The notes below the pieces were generated by a model, which had not been told where the DNA came from, searched no databases, and was given only the letters and a program-made list of their open reading frames with translations. Shown here one piece after another: positions 19,395-30,354 of a DNA stretch of 64,000 bases. The position numbers and the translations under genes were made by a program. Source of the stretch: a virus; IMG/VR virus record IMGVR_UViG_3300037423_000584; one strand, given 5' to 3'. Positions within the stretch are counted from its first letter, which is position 1; every line of letters begins with the position of its first letter.

Positions 19395-20001
19395 TTAGTG
19401 ATCAATATTTGTATGTGAAAAATCTTTCTAACTAGATTTATATGAAACAACAAATTATTGTAGTCGAATGTACGGGTCCAGATTTTCACGACACAATGAT
19501 CAAACTTGTTCGTGACTATGGATTTAATGGCTATTTGGCTGTCAAACATGGTGAGTTTATTTATACCATGCTTGATGCTGGATGGCGTTTGATGGCACCA
19601 CCAGTTCTTATTGAAAAACCAATTACTGGTGATGTTTATCATTGGTGGTTTGAAAAGAAGGAATAAAATGATTAATATTGAAGAATTAGAATCTAAACTT
19701 AAGCAATTTAATAGTGATATTATATTTCGTCGCGGTGAGAATAATCTATCTTTAGATGTTATAGGCAGATACGATAGATCAAAAGATTGTGTAGATAATG
19801 AATGGAAGATGGGTGATCTTGCTGAGTATCTTGGCAAAAAAATAAACATTATTAATCAACTTACTTCTGTTCCTATCTCTTATTACAGTTTTGGTTGTAA
19901 TCAAAATGCTGCAACTTATTGTGTTACTTTTAATTTGAAACCAAAAGAAGAAAACAAACAAGTTTGCGAAACTTGTGGAAAATAAGCCATAAAGGTGTAT
20001 C

Positions 20002-21135
20002 ATGGCTAAGTACGAATTTTTAATGTTGGCTCACACTTTTGATGATACTAAACATTCTATATTAGATATGTTTGCATCAGAAAAAGTAGATGGAGTTCGT
20101 GCTTTTTGGGATGGTGGAATATCTAGGGGATTAGAATGTTCTGCTGTTCCTTATGCCAATATAGAAAAACATGCGAGATATCTAAGTCCGCCAAAGGCAA
20201 CTGGTTTGTGGACCAGATATGCTCAGCCGATCCAAGCACCTTCTTGGTTCCTAGATCAATTACCACGAATATTATTAGATGGTGAATTAACAGCAGGACG
20301 CAAAACATTTCAAATTGTTTCATCAGTAACAAGAAAAATAGTTCCAGATAATGGTTGGCAATCGATTAAGTATAAAATATTTGATTCACCATGTTTAGAA
20401 GCGGTTTTTCTTGATAGAACAGTTAAAAATCGTAATCTTGATAAAATATTTAAAAGTTGTACTGATTGGGCTAAACAAAGAATAAACCATCTTGGGTTAG
20501 ACGAGAGAGCATTTCCGGATCAAATGGACTTCGAAAGTGCTCTTTCTTTTTTGGTTCGCCATATTAGAGGTGATAATAAAGTAGTACAAATTCTTAATCA
20601 AATAAGGTTGTCTACTGATCATTCCGTGGCTAAGGAAATCTTGGACAGGGAACTTAAAGATATTGTCGAAGGTCGAGGAGAGGGTGTAATGCTTCGAAGA
20701 CCTGACAGTATTTGGTATCCGCAAAGATCTTATAATCTTTTAAAGGTTAAACCTACTTTAAAAGGACAAGCAATTATTATAGGTTATATTTGGGGCAAAG
20801 AAACAGACGTTGACAAAGCAATAGGTGTGGGAACTGCAAATAGAATGCTTGGTTACATGGGGGCAATTCGTTGTAGACTAGATTCAGGTAAAGAATTTAA
20901 AATATCTGGATTTGAAATGGCTGAACGAATTATGATTGCTAGTTATGTTAATTTTAATCTAACTCGTTCTGCTTATGATGAAGCATATGCGTATGGATAT
21001 CGTCATCCGGGTGAAGTTGTAGATTCTTCCAAGTTTTACAATCCTAGATTTCCTATAGGAAGTCGAATTAGATTTCAATATAGGGAATTAACAGATGATG
21101 GAATTCCTAAAGAAGCGAGATATTTAAGAGAATGA
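20002..21135 (+). CDS. lig: ATP-dependent DNA ligase
   Basis: SEKVDGVRA, LDGEL, IFD, EGVMLR, LLKVKP motifs plus OB-like C-terminus. Confidence 0.92.
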   Translation: MAKYEFLMLAHTFDDTKHSILDMFASEKVDGVRAFWDGGISRGLECSAVPYANIEKHARYLSPPKATGLWTRYAQPIQAPSWFLDQLPRILLDGELTAGRKTFQIVSSVTRKIVPDNGWQSIKYKIFDSPCLEAVFLDRTVKNRNLDKIFKSCTDWAKQRINHLGLDERAFPDQMDFESALSFLVRHIRGDNKVVQILNQIRLSTDHSVAKEILDRELKDIVEGRGEGVMLRRPDSIWYPQRSYNLLKVKPTLKGQAIIIGYIWGKETDVDKAIGVGTANRMLGYMGAIRCRLDSGKEFKISGFEMAERIMIASYVNFNLTRSAYDEAYAYGYRHPGEVVDSSKFYNPRFPIGSRIRFQYRELTDDGIPKEARYLRE

Positions 21136-22223
21136 ATACGCCAATTTTCGAAAATCACTGTAATCATTCTAAAGAATCATATGTTGGTTCTTTTTTCTTT
21201 GATGGTTGGCATGATGTGTATGTTTTTCCAAATCCAAGATATGACAAGATTGGAGAAGTTTGTATTCGTTATGGAAACGAAGGATCTGAATACATTTCTC
21301 CCGGCGGTATAACTGGATTTATGGAGAATCAAACTTTAATGCCAGAATATATCATTGCAAAAGCAATGATTGGAATATGGCTCAAGAAAGAAAAAGAAAT
21401 ATTTATACCAGAAGCTTGGGGTAATGGTTAAATGCGTTCACATATAATAGCTGTAATAAATCCAAATAACGCAGATAAAAATAGTGTGCAGGATATTATT
21501 GCAGCTATTAAAGATTGTGGAGGATTTGATATTGTTGATTTGGGTTCAGGAATGATTGAAGCAGTTGTGCCATCTATATCGTTGTGCGAGATTCACTTCA
21601 TGGATGGTGTTGGATGTGTCAGGACAGTGATGAACTACCAAGAGAAGTAAACTTCTTATATGATTAATAAGATTAAAAATCTTTGGTGGGCTTGGAAGAA
21701 TAGATGCAAAGATGTGAAATCAAGACATGGATACTATTTATCACCAACATCTTTTTACCATCATTCTGGTTGGATAGACCGAGCATTCATTCCTTGTAAA
21801 GTTTGTGGCGATAAGTATTGTAGATGGGCCGTGAATAGATATACAAAGAAAACTTGCGAAACTATTTGATATGAAAGAAATAATCGCATCAATATTGTTT
21901 TTGCCAATGATGTTTGTTTCATTTATCCCCGGTATTAAAAACGTAAAACGAATTCAGTTAATTAATAACTGGATTGGTAATCAAATCTGGAATGATAACA
22001 CGTAATGAAATATCTTAATCCTGTATACTTGCTTGGTTTTTTACTTGGCAAAATATGTAATTTTGTTGATTATATAGGTGATAAAATGTACGATGGATAT
22101 TTAAATTCAAGACGATAATTTATACAAGAAGATTAATTTATAATATTGACTATCTTGGTTTGATAGAACAATTAGATTAGTTTTCTTATATAAGATATGG
22201 GCATAGAAATGTGTCCTATAGAC

Positions 22224-22298
22224 GGGTCCGTAACTCAAGTTGGCTAGAGTGCTTCCCTTTTAAGGAAGAGGTTGTGGGATCATGCCCCACCGGACCCA
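22224..22298 (+). tRNA. tRNA-Lys(TTT) with atypical T loop
   Basis: GGGTCCG/CGGACCC; CTTCC-CTTTTAA-GGAAG; T loop ATCATGC. Confidence 0.8.
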
Positions 22299-22936
22299 TT
22301 TATCTGTTTTTTCTTTTTTAACCTTCTTATATGTCCTCTAATGGCATTATCAGTAACACCTAGTTCTTTTGCTAATTGAACATATGAAGTAGTTTCTAAT
22401 CTTTGTAACAGTTCTTGTTCTGTTGGCCATTGTATTTTTGTATCTCTTACTCTTTGTTGATTGGCACATGAAATACATCTGGTATAACCTCTACTGACTC
22501 TTTTTCCACAAAGACAAAAGTATTTTGGACTCGATTTTTGCTTTGGTGGTTTTTCTCTAATGGTAATAAATTTTGATTTATTGATTTCCCAATGTGTTTC
22601 CTTGTGACAATTAGAGCACAGAAGAATGCATTTATCTAATTCCGTAATTGTATCTGGATAAAGAATTTCTACATCAAATCTTCTGATTCTAGATATATTT
22701 ATATCCTTTTTGGATGGATCTAAATGATGAAATTCTAAAGCGGCTAAACATTTGTCATATCCACACTTACAACATTTTCCTCCTTTGTAATCTACACATA
22801 GTTTTTTAAACATTCTTTGTCGTTCTAAACTTTGTTCAGAACAACATTGTTTACAATAATGATAAGTGTTTGCTTTGCCGTTAATATAAAATTGTGATAT
22901 ATCTTTCTCTTGTTCACATCTTTTACACAATCTCAT
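22280..22936 (-). CDS. HNH (homing-type) endonuclease with C-terminal HTH
   Basis: GGKCCKCGY...LEFHHLDP...KCILLCSNCHKETH. Confidence 0.88.
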   Translation of the reverse strand: MRLCKRCEQEKDISQFYINGKANTYHYCKQCCSEQSLERQRMFKKLCVDYKGGKCCKCGYDKCLAALEFHHLDPSKKDINISRIRRFDVEILYPDTITELDKCILLCSNCHKETHWEINKSKFITIREKPPKQKSSPKYFCLCGKRVSRGYTRCISCANQQRVRDTKIQWPTEQELLQRLETTSYVQLAKELGVTDNAIRGHIRRLKKKKQINGSGGA

Positions 22937-23006
22937 TGAACTATCTCCTATATAAATAAAGTTTGTTATTTATTTATACAGGACAAGATTCAAATAATTT
23001 CAATTA

Positions 23007-23165
23007 ATGAAACCAAAAGTTAGAAAAGTTGGAATGAGCGATTATGAAATGAGAGATTATCATTTCAAATCTAAAGCTAGTAAAAAAGTTAGAAAGAGAA
23101 TGGCTAAACGATTGCGTTCTCGTGAGAAAAAAGAAATTAATAATTTGAATTCGGATGGAGATTAA
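23007..23165 (+). CDS. small Arg/Lys-rich protein (not in ORF track)
   Basis: 52 aa, KKVRKRMAKRLRSREKKEI. Confidence 0.5.
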   Translation: MKPKVRKVGMSDYEMRDYHFKSKASKKVRKRMAKRLRSREKKEINNLNSDGD

Positions 23166-24499
23166 ATCATGATTATAAAAGAAACTTTTCAAAAGCCGAT
23201 CGATAAATATACTCTTTGTGCAGACGAAGTTGCTGTGGCTATTAAAGAACATCTTCGTAAATATGGATACAAAATACGCGATAATCAAACAATTGAAGTA
23301 AATGGAGTTTTTATTGGAAAAGACGATAAAAGCTACCAAACTTTTTTAGTTAGATAGTTTACGCAATAAACCAAGGAAGGTAGGTAGAAAATGTTTCAGT
23401 ATTCATATTTAATTCATGAAGGAAAAGAAAAGGTAATTCCACAAGATAAAGTTCAAAAGCTTATCGATCTTAAAATTATTAAGAAATTTGAAGGTACTCT
23501 TAATAATTATCGTGGCAATAGAATAGTTTCTCCTATTTATACTTTTGATCAAGGGAAATCTTGGGCCGATGCTCAAGATATTTTACTAGTTAAACCCAAA
23601 TAGGTAGGGAGGTTTAAGAAAGGATTTGTATGGCAAATGTAACCGTTTCTCGTAAGGAAGGATATTCTAGATCCAAGATTTCTATCGATACAAATGGATT
23701 AGAACTTGGAGATATCATTCCACGGGTTGCAAATCCTTCTAGTTGGGGTTTTAACAAAATTGATTCTATTAAAGAAGAAGATGTTAAAAGAGCAATTGGA
23801 CACGCTCTGGAACCGGCAGAATTGATTGTCATTGGCATTTCTGGCGACATTATTACTGCGTATCATAGGGATTGGAATAACAAATATAGTCTTTATATGG
23901 CAAATAAAGATAGTATTACTCGTCCAATCTTTTAAAGAGGTGTCCTATGAGACACATTGTTGCACTTTGCGGACAGCTTGTGTTTTCTGAGATGATCGAA
24001 GATGACGAGGGGAAAATAGCTGGTAAAGTATATGTTGTAAATCCAGAGAAATCTTTTATAGTTGATACTATTGAATTTGGAGAAGATTCTCTAAAAGAAG
24101 CAGTTCAACAAATTAAAGAAAAGCTTCCTTCTGATGTTCGTCATTGTATTAAGTTTTATGAAATCCTATCTCCTTTGCAACCAGTAGAGATAGATGTACA
24201 ATAGAAATTGGTTGCACTACAATGGTCCTAGACAGAAATGTATGGGATCATTTTCTTTTACAAGAAGGTAGGTCATGCTTGTTATAGGAAAAGATCTTCT
24301 TAAAGATCTTAATCCAAAAACTATTATCGAAATAGTTAATCAACTAAATGATACTGCTAAAGTTTTTGGAACAGAATGTGTTATGATTAATGATTCTATC
24401 TGGACTAAAACAGAGATGGAGTCAAAAGACAAAGCAATGTTTAAGATATATGCATTAGGTATTATAACAGGATTAGTTATTGCAAAGAGAAGTTTATAG

Positions 24500-25045
24500 T
24501 CATTTCTAGTATCGGTTGGTACTACGATGTCCTCCTCTGTACCGTAAAAGTTCTTACTACTGATTCGAACCCATAGTAAGAATCCGATACTATGCCTAGG
24601 TACGTCGTAGTGACGAACTACGGCGTATCTTTATTGGTTATTATAGATACTTAAGTGTATCGTCCATACGAGCAATTAATGATAAGTTATGGATCACCTT
24701 GAGCAGAGCGATGCTCGGAGCTATAGGTTGTAATGACCAATTGTTGTCGCGAAATATGGTAAACAATTTTTAGAGTCTGTTATTACAGCAATGTAATAAC
24801 TCCAATGTTAAATCCTTTGTCGAACAGCATTTGGCACAGCACAAGGCCCAATTGGTAAGAGCATGTTTTTGATGCGGTCGCAATGACTGCGTTAGCGGCT
24901 CGATCGGCTAATGTGAGAATGAAACGCCGGGCAATTGCATATGCCTTCGCCATTTGTCCTAATAGATGTGAGTTATAGTTTCGGTCAATAACGCTATAAA
25001 TTGACTGATCGCTAGCAACTGTTTCGTTGGAAGCTCAGACTCTAT
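24500..25045 (+). ncRNA. candidate structured ncRNA
   Basis: ORF-free; TAGTATCGG/CCGATACTA, TTCTTACTA/TAGTAAGAA, TACGTCGTAGT/ACTACGGCGTA stems. Confidence 0.5.
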
Positions 25046-25049
25046 TTTC

Positions 25050-25195
25050 GCCCCAATAGTTTAACAGGACAGCGAGAAACACCTACCAAGCCCACGGCTT
25101 TCTGTGAAAGCAGAAGGTACGCCGCCGTTAGTGGATCTTGCTAAAAACCGTTGCCTCTCAGGCAAATGATCTACGTTCGAATCGTGGTTGGGGTA
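25050..25195 (+). ncRNA. tRNA-Glu(CTC)-like RNA with D-loop insertion, copy 1
   Basis: GCCCCAA/TTGGGGT; TTGC-CTCTCAG-GCAA; CTACG-TTCGAAT-CGTGG; insert class CCACGG/TACGCC. Confidence 0.85.
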
Positions 25196-25197
25196 TT

Positions 25198-25359
25198 ATG
25201 CAAGAATATGAATATATGTCGATTGAAGCTCTAGAAGACCAAAGAGCTATAACAGATGAGAGACTTAATAATCTAGCCAAGAACGGATGGGTTGTTTTAT
25301 CTGTTTCTTGGATTGGTGCGTATATGGTGGCGGCTTTGTTACAGAGAATTAAACAATGA
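25198..25359 (+). CDS. DUF4177-like small protein
   Basis: EYEY...LNNLAKNGWVVLS; ATG 2 nt after RNA copy 1. Confidence 0.55.
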   Translation: MQEYEYMSIEALEDQRAITDERLNNLAKNGWVVLSVSWIGAYMVAALLQRIKQ

Positions 25360-25557
25360 GTGACACTAATATTAGAATTCTTTCTGAAAACGACACAAAG
25401 GATGGATTGATTTTAGTCTCATTCAATTCAGCTTTGTTTGATTGGCCTAGAAACTATTATTACGATTATAATAGATATACCTTTTATACAAAGCGTTCTT
25501 GTCCGGATATATCTGGTGCAACAGAATGTGCCGAATATCTTCTAAATAACTAAAATT

Positions 25558-25702
25558 GCCCCAGTAGTTTAATAGGCGAAGCGATACTATCTAAGTCACT
25601 AGGCTTCTTGAGAAATCAGGAAGTTATAGCACATTTAGTGTTGTCTTCTTAAAACGTTTCGCTCTCAGCGAAAATATCTTGGTTCGACTCCAAGCTGGGG
25701 TA
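25558..25702 (+). ncRNA. tRNA-Glu(CTC)-like RNA with D-loop insertion, copy 2
   Basis: GCCCCAG/CTGGGGT; TTTCG-CTCTCAG-CGAAA; insert class CACTAG/ATAGCA. Confidence 0.85.
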
Positions 25703-25898
25703 CTATGACAGCAGCAGAACTAGCACGGAAGCTAATGGAACATCCACATGTACAAGTTCACATGGAAGGAGAACTTAATGCCAATGTAGACCATTTTATA
25801 GATGCAATTGGCAAAATAGTCGTTGCTGAAATGAATATGAAAGAATATGGGGTTAAAAAAGGCGATCTCATAATCTTAAATAAAACTAGATGAAATTT

Positions 25899-26041
25899 GC
25901 CCCGCTAGTTCAATAGGCGAGAGAAATATCCTCTAAGTCACTAGGTTTCATGGTGAGTGAAACCATAGCACATTGGATGTCGCTCTCATAGAACAGATTC
26001 CTCTCAGGAATAAAATGTACGTTCGAATCGTACGCGGGGTA
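25899..26041 (+). ncRNA. tRNA-Glu(CTC)-like RNA with D-loop insertion, copy 3
   Basis: GCCCCGC/GCGGGGT; ATTC-CTCTCAG-GAAT; GTACG/CGTAC. Confidence 0.85.
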
Positions 26042-26051
26042 CTTTAATATT

Positions 26052-26291
26052 ATGGCTACATATCATTTAAGAAAAAAGGAAGATGAAGATTTCAGGATAG
26101 TTAGATACGAAGATGGCAGAATGCATTTCAATCCATGCTATCTTAATAAAAATGGTCTTTTTCAAAGAATAATAGAGAGACCGTATGATACTTATAACTC
26201 TAGGAGATATGCGATAGCTTTCTTTAAGAAGTGTTTGCCAAACGAAGTTCTTCGAGATGAAACTGCCAGAAAGACAAAGTTAATTAAGTAA
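26052..26291 (+). CDS. NSxRYA-family small protein
   Basis: YLNKNG...YNSRRYAIAFFKK. Confidence 0.8.
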   Translation: MATYHLRKKEDEDFRIVRYEDGRMHFNPCYLNKNGLFQRIIERPYDTYNSRRYAIAFFKKCLPNEVLRDETARKTKLIK

Positions 26292-26296
26292 TACAC

Positions 26297-26441
26297 GCCC
26301 TCGTGGTCTAATAGGCGGATGTTAAATTTACAATCACTAGTTTCCTGCGGAAACGTTGGAAAGATAGCATTGTTTATTTAATTATCCATATGACAGCCTT
26401 CTCTCAGAAGGAAAATGCACGTTCGAATCGTGTCGAGGGTA
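26297..26441 (+). ncRNA. tRNA-Glu(CTC)-like RNA with D-loop insertion, copy 4
   Basis: GCCCTCG/CGAGGGT; CCTT-CTCTCAG-AAGG. Confidence 0.85.
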
Positions 26442-26629
26442 TTAGTATTTTTTATAGGATTTGTAGTCAAATCTATGAGATATAAACAACTATTCGAAAC
26501 AACGGATGAAATTAAAGCAAATGAAAAAGTTCTCAATGGATGGGTTCTTATAGAAACTAAGAATGACTCTGGACGATTTAATAATAATCGTCCTATATAT
26601 GTATTAGGGATTCCTAAATAGTTCGATAC

Positions 26630-26714
26630 GCCGGTGTGGCGGAACGGCAGACGCTACGGACTTAAAATCCGTTGGGAGATAACTCCCGTAAGGGTTCGAT
26701 TCCCTTCTCCGGCA
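26630..26714 (+). tRNA. tRNA-Leu(TAA)
   Basis: Type II cloverleaf, ACGGA-CTTAAAA-TCCGT, variable arm GGGAG/CTCCC. Confidence 0.92.
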
Positions 26715-27327
26715 CTAATTTACTTGGATTAATTAAATGACACCTTATCAAAAACGTCTTTGCTTATTGGAATAATTGGCTGGTTATTTTACGCTGGTTT
26801 TTCATATCTAATTATTAGTAAAGGATATATAGAAGATAATGAATGGACTGTTGGTAAAAGAAATAGATGGATCACTATTTGTTTATTAACTGGTCCGTTT
26901 ATGTTTGCTTTTTTATTTTGTATTTGGATTTTCTTTAGTGATAAACCTGCTAAGTGGTAAATTATGATCAAGCATCATCCCTATATCTTTTTTGAACTTG
27001 TTTGAATTCTTTGTTGGATTGTTTCTTGGTTTATATATCGTTATTATGAACGAACAGATCATCCAAACAGATGGACTATTAGACACAGAAATATGTCTCT
27101 TGTGATTTGTTTTTGTATGTCGCCGATTGCAGCATTTTTGCTAACTATATTAGCAATGTTTAATTGTGCTGATAAATCATTTGAATATTGCAGTAAAAAA
27201 ATAAATCAACTTAGATCTTGGATTAAATCAGATACTAGAATTTCTGACTGGTAGAATTATACTGAAAATGATGAATAGGACTATTTCACAAGCAAAAACT
27301 TGGTAGATCTTGGATTCATTTTCTGGA

Positions 27328-27452
27328 AACAGATGACGCCAAACTAGGAATGGCAGGCGGCGAGATCGTCATGGCAATGATCGATGGATCAACGAAGCTC
27401 ATAAACCGCTAGACTAGTCCACCTATGTAGGTTCGATCCCTACCATCTGTTC
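27328..27452 (+). ncRNA. tRNA-like RNA with structured insertion in place of the anticodon loop
   Basis: AACAGATG/CATCTGTT; D arm GCCA/TGGC; GCGG/CCGC; GTAGG-TTCGATC-CCTAC. Confidence 0.65.
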
Positions 27453-28043
27453 TTTTATGGGAGGTATATGAGCGAAGAGTATACTGTGTTTTCTAACATA
27501 GGTATGATCAAAGGTTACTTTAATTTAACCGATGATGAATATCATAGGTTCAAAGAACTTATGAAATCTATGCACTTTATAATTCGGAAAGGACGTATAG
27601 AAAAATCGATTCGTATTCCTATTAATCGTCGTGTTGCAATTAGGGGTGCAGTTAAGCCAAATTCAGAACAATTGACATGATTATATTCCGAAAAGGTCAA
27701 AATCATAGTGTTTTGATTAATCTTTTTGTTGTTTGGATTATTGTTCATTATTGGTTTCCTAAATCGTACTGGAAACATTTTAGACTAACAAAGAAAGATC
27801 CCTTTTGGAATAGTTCTCTATATTTAGGACCTTTTGAATTTTACTGGGATCGACGACGACAATTTGATCAAGAACGAATCAGACTATTGTATCGATTTGC
27901 CATTATTGATTGGCATTTCGTAGTATGGAAAGAATACTGGCAGTTTAACGAAATCATTAAAGCGGAGGTGATTTTCTCAACAGCTAAATTGTTAGATTCG
28001 ATTAAGATTTAATACCTACCCTGATGACAAAGGATGGTTTGTT

Positions 28044-28679
28044 ATGGCCCAAGGTAGATTGAATAGAGACGGTCGTGATAGTTATCGTAACTTAGATAGA
28101 CCATTTCGTGCTCCGCGTGAAATCCTTGATAAAAATGGCGATTTTGTCAAGTTTCACGATATGGACGTAATGCGTCTTGGCAATCATGATAGGTCAATGA
28201 ATACCACTGGCTCATTTGGTGTTAAAAGCACAATGGGCGTCGGACGACTAAGTATAGTTGTCCGAAAAGGGGCACCTGGAAAATCAAGAGCCGGACGTAA
28301 AAAGAAAAACGGCTCAAAACTGATATCTCGTAGATTTACGATTGACTATGATAAGCATAGTTTTCCTCAGTTAAGAAACTTGAGGAATGATCTTATTGTA
28401 GTTAAAACGATGTCAGAAGGTCTTCCTGAACACCAAGGAAGAAAGCTGTTTACTTTTGAAATGCAAGATGTCTTAAGAACGTTAGATAATTACATAGAAA
28501 CAACGTTCGATGCTGCTCTTATTGAACAAATACACATCTCTGATCAACATAGAATTGCATCTACTAAAGGCATGATGCGTAGCGGGAAGGTAAGAGCAAA
28601 AGGTATTGAGGATCTTGGAAATAGAATTTACCGTGCTTTGTCTATAATGAACATAAAACACGGAAAAATGAACACATAA
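28044..28679 (+). CDS. basic hypothetical protein, paralog of 15065-15574
   Basis: Shared NTTG/APGK/KKKNGS motifs; AAAGGATGG RBS. Confidence 0.75.
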   Translation: MAQGRLNRDGRDSYRNLDRPFRAPREILDKNGDFVKFHDMDVMRLGNHDRSMNTTGSFGVKSTMGVGRLSIVVRKGAPGKSRAGRKKKNGSKLISRRFTIDYDKHSFPQLRNLRNDLIVVKTMSEGLPEHQGRKLFTFEMQDVLRTLDNYIETTFDAALIEQIHISDQHRIASTKGMMRSGKVRAKGIEDLGNRIYRALSIMNIKHGKMNT

Positions 28680-29806
28680 CATAACAATCTGCGTTGTGTC
28701 ATGGAATCCCATATATCGAAAGATTATGGGATTTCTTTATGAAAAGAAATATAGAAAACATTATCATAATATTGATAATTGTGTTTCTTACTATTATAAT
28801 TCCATTGTTATGTCTTTATGTAATTTGGGCTTAATATTACGTTTGCTATATTAAAGATTATAGTTAACGTAATACTCAAACAATAAGAAAATACAGTTCT
28901 ATCAAGAAGACTTTCAAAATTAAATTAGTCTAAATAACCAAATCTTATGTTTATAAATCTTCTTGACTAGACTGTATTTATCTCTTTTATACTTAATACT
29001 TACAAAATACTTAAGTAATATCGTATAAATTCAGAGAACTTTTTACTAGAAAATAAATAAATCTATGTGGGAATTCTTTAAATTCATTAGTATACTTTGT
29101 TTGACAATGATTGTAGTGTTTACTACTATTTGGTTTATCTCTAATCTTGCTAACTTATTATGAATAAAAGAATTAGAAAAACTATTATTAGAATTGTAAA
29201 TGCTTTTGAAGAAGGCGATTACAATCTTGTAGATTCTTTGTCCAAAAAACTTGACTATTTAAAAGAAAGCCATTTTGGACGCATTATGGACAAAATGATC
29301 GATGGCCAAAATTAATTACAAAGTAAATGATTTCGTTACTATTTTGAAATACAAAAACGATCCTATCAACAAAGAAGGAAGAATAACTGTTGTATACGAA
29401 AGTGGTCATGTTCATGTCAGCAATTTAAATATGCCATTTTGTGGATCTGTTAATAGAATTTTTAGACCAGATGAAATTGCACCTGTTACAAATATTGACT
29501 AATTTATATTGTTTAGATGGAGACGATTCTAGTTTAACAGAAGACGAAAAAGAAAAGATTAAACAATCTCTAGGTCCAAACTGGAGAACTATTCTGTTGG
29601 AAAAGAAAGTTAAACAGACTCAAGTTCAAGATGAACAAATTCCAGCTATTTGCGAGTCGTCAGAATTATCGTAGGCTATGCGTGGGAGGTGGGATAACCT
29701 CCACCATAGGTTTCATATAGTTTAAACGCTATATGAAATCTTAAAGGATGGAAGGGGATTAGGGGTGAAACACCATTCGTTGTGGCTTAGCCACAGGAGT
29801 TACACC

Positions 29807-30298
29807 ATGGCTGAACAAGCAGCCAATATTCAGAGCTTCGCTGATGATGCAATGCATCGGCTGGCTACGTATCTCAAGGTTACTGATCGCTCGCAGGAAT
29901 GGATCGATCAGAATATCGAATGCGTTGCAGCTTTGCTTGACATTACCAAGCACGACGCACTGGAAGGCATGAAGAAATTCATGACCTTGGAAAATCGTGA
30001 GAATCAACAGGGTCAAGTCCGTCAGGAAGCTAGACAGACTGCCACTGTTGGTTCTGGTGGAGGCGGTGGAGAACAGGATGCTCGCGAAGAGCTTGATAAA
30101 GCAATTCGTGAGTCTCAGGGTGGCGGTGGTGGTGGACAAGGAGGCCAAGGCGGTGGCGGCGGAAGGCCGCAGAATAGTCCGTCCGCTAATCAGGCCAGAA
30201 GCCAAGCCTTACAAGGCAACCAGAACGCTGCTGGTCCACATTCCGGCGGCGGTGGGCGTGGCCAAGGAGGCGGTGGAGGCGGTGGAGGCCAAGCGTAA
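29807..30298 (+). CDS. protein with Gly/Gln-rich disordered C-terminus
   Basis: AGGAG RBS; GGGGGQGGQGGGGGR repeats. Confidence 0.7.
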   Translation: MAEQAANIQSFADDAMHRLATYLKVTDRSQEWIDQNIECVAALLDITKHDALEGMKKFMTLENRENQQGQVRQEARQTATVGSGGGGGEQDAREELDKAIRESQGGGGGGQGGQGGGGGRPQNSPSANQARSQALQGNQNAAGPHSGGGGRGQGGGGGGGGQA

Positions 30299-30354
30299 TT
30301 TTTAACAAATGAGGTAATCACAAGTGTCCCCGTAGGAAACTGCGGGGATATTTT

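Noticed and set aside
24517-24550. HDV-like/theta ribozyme suggested by GTCCTCCTC
   Set aside because: Could not build the nested double pseudoknot (P1, P1.1, P2, P3, P4) by eye
25155-25161. Reading the CTCTCAG loop as a UCA (Sec/opal suppressor) anticodon
   Set aside because: In the 7-nt loop the centred triplet is CTC; TCA is off-register; long ORFs end normally at TGA and TAG, so there is no sign of recoding
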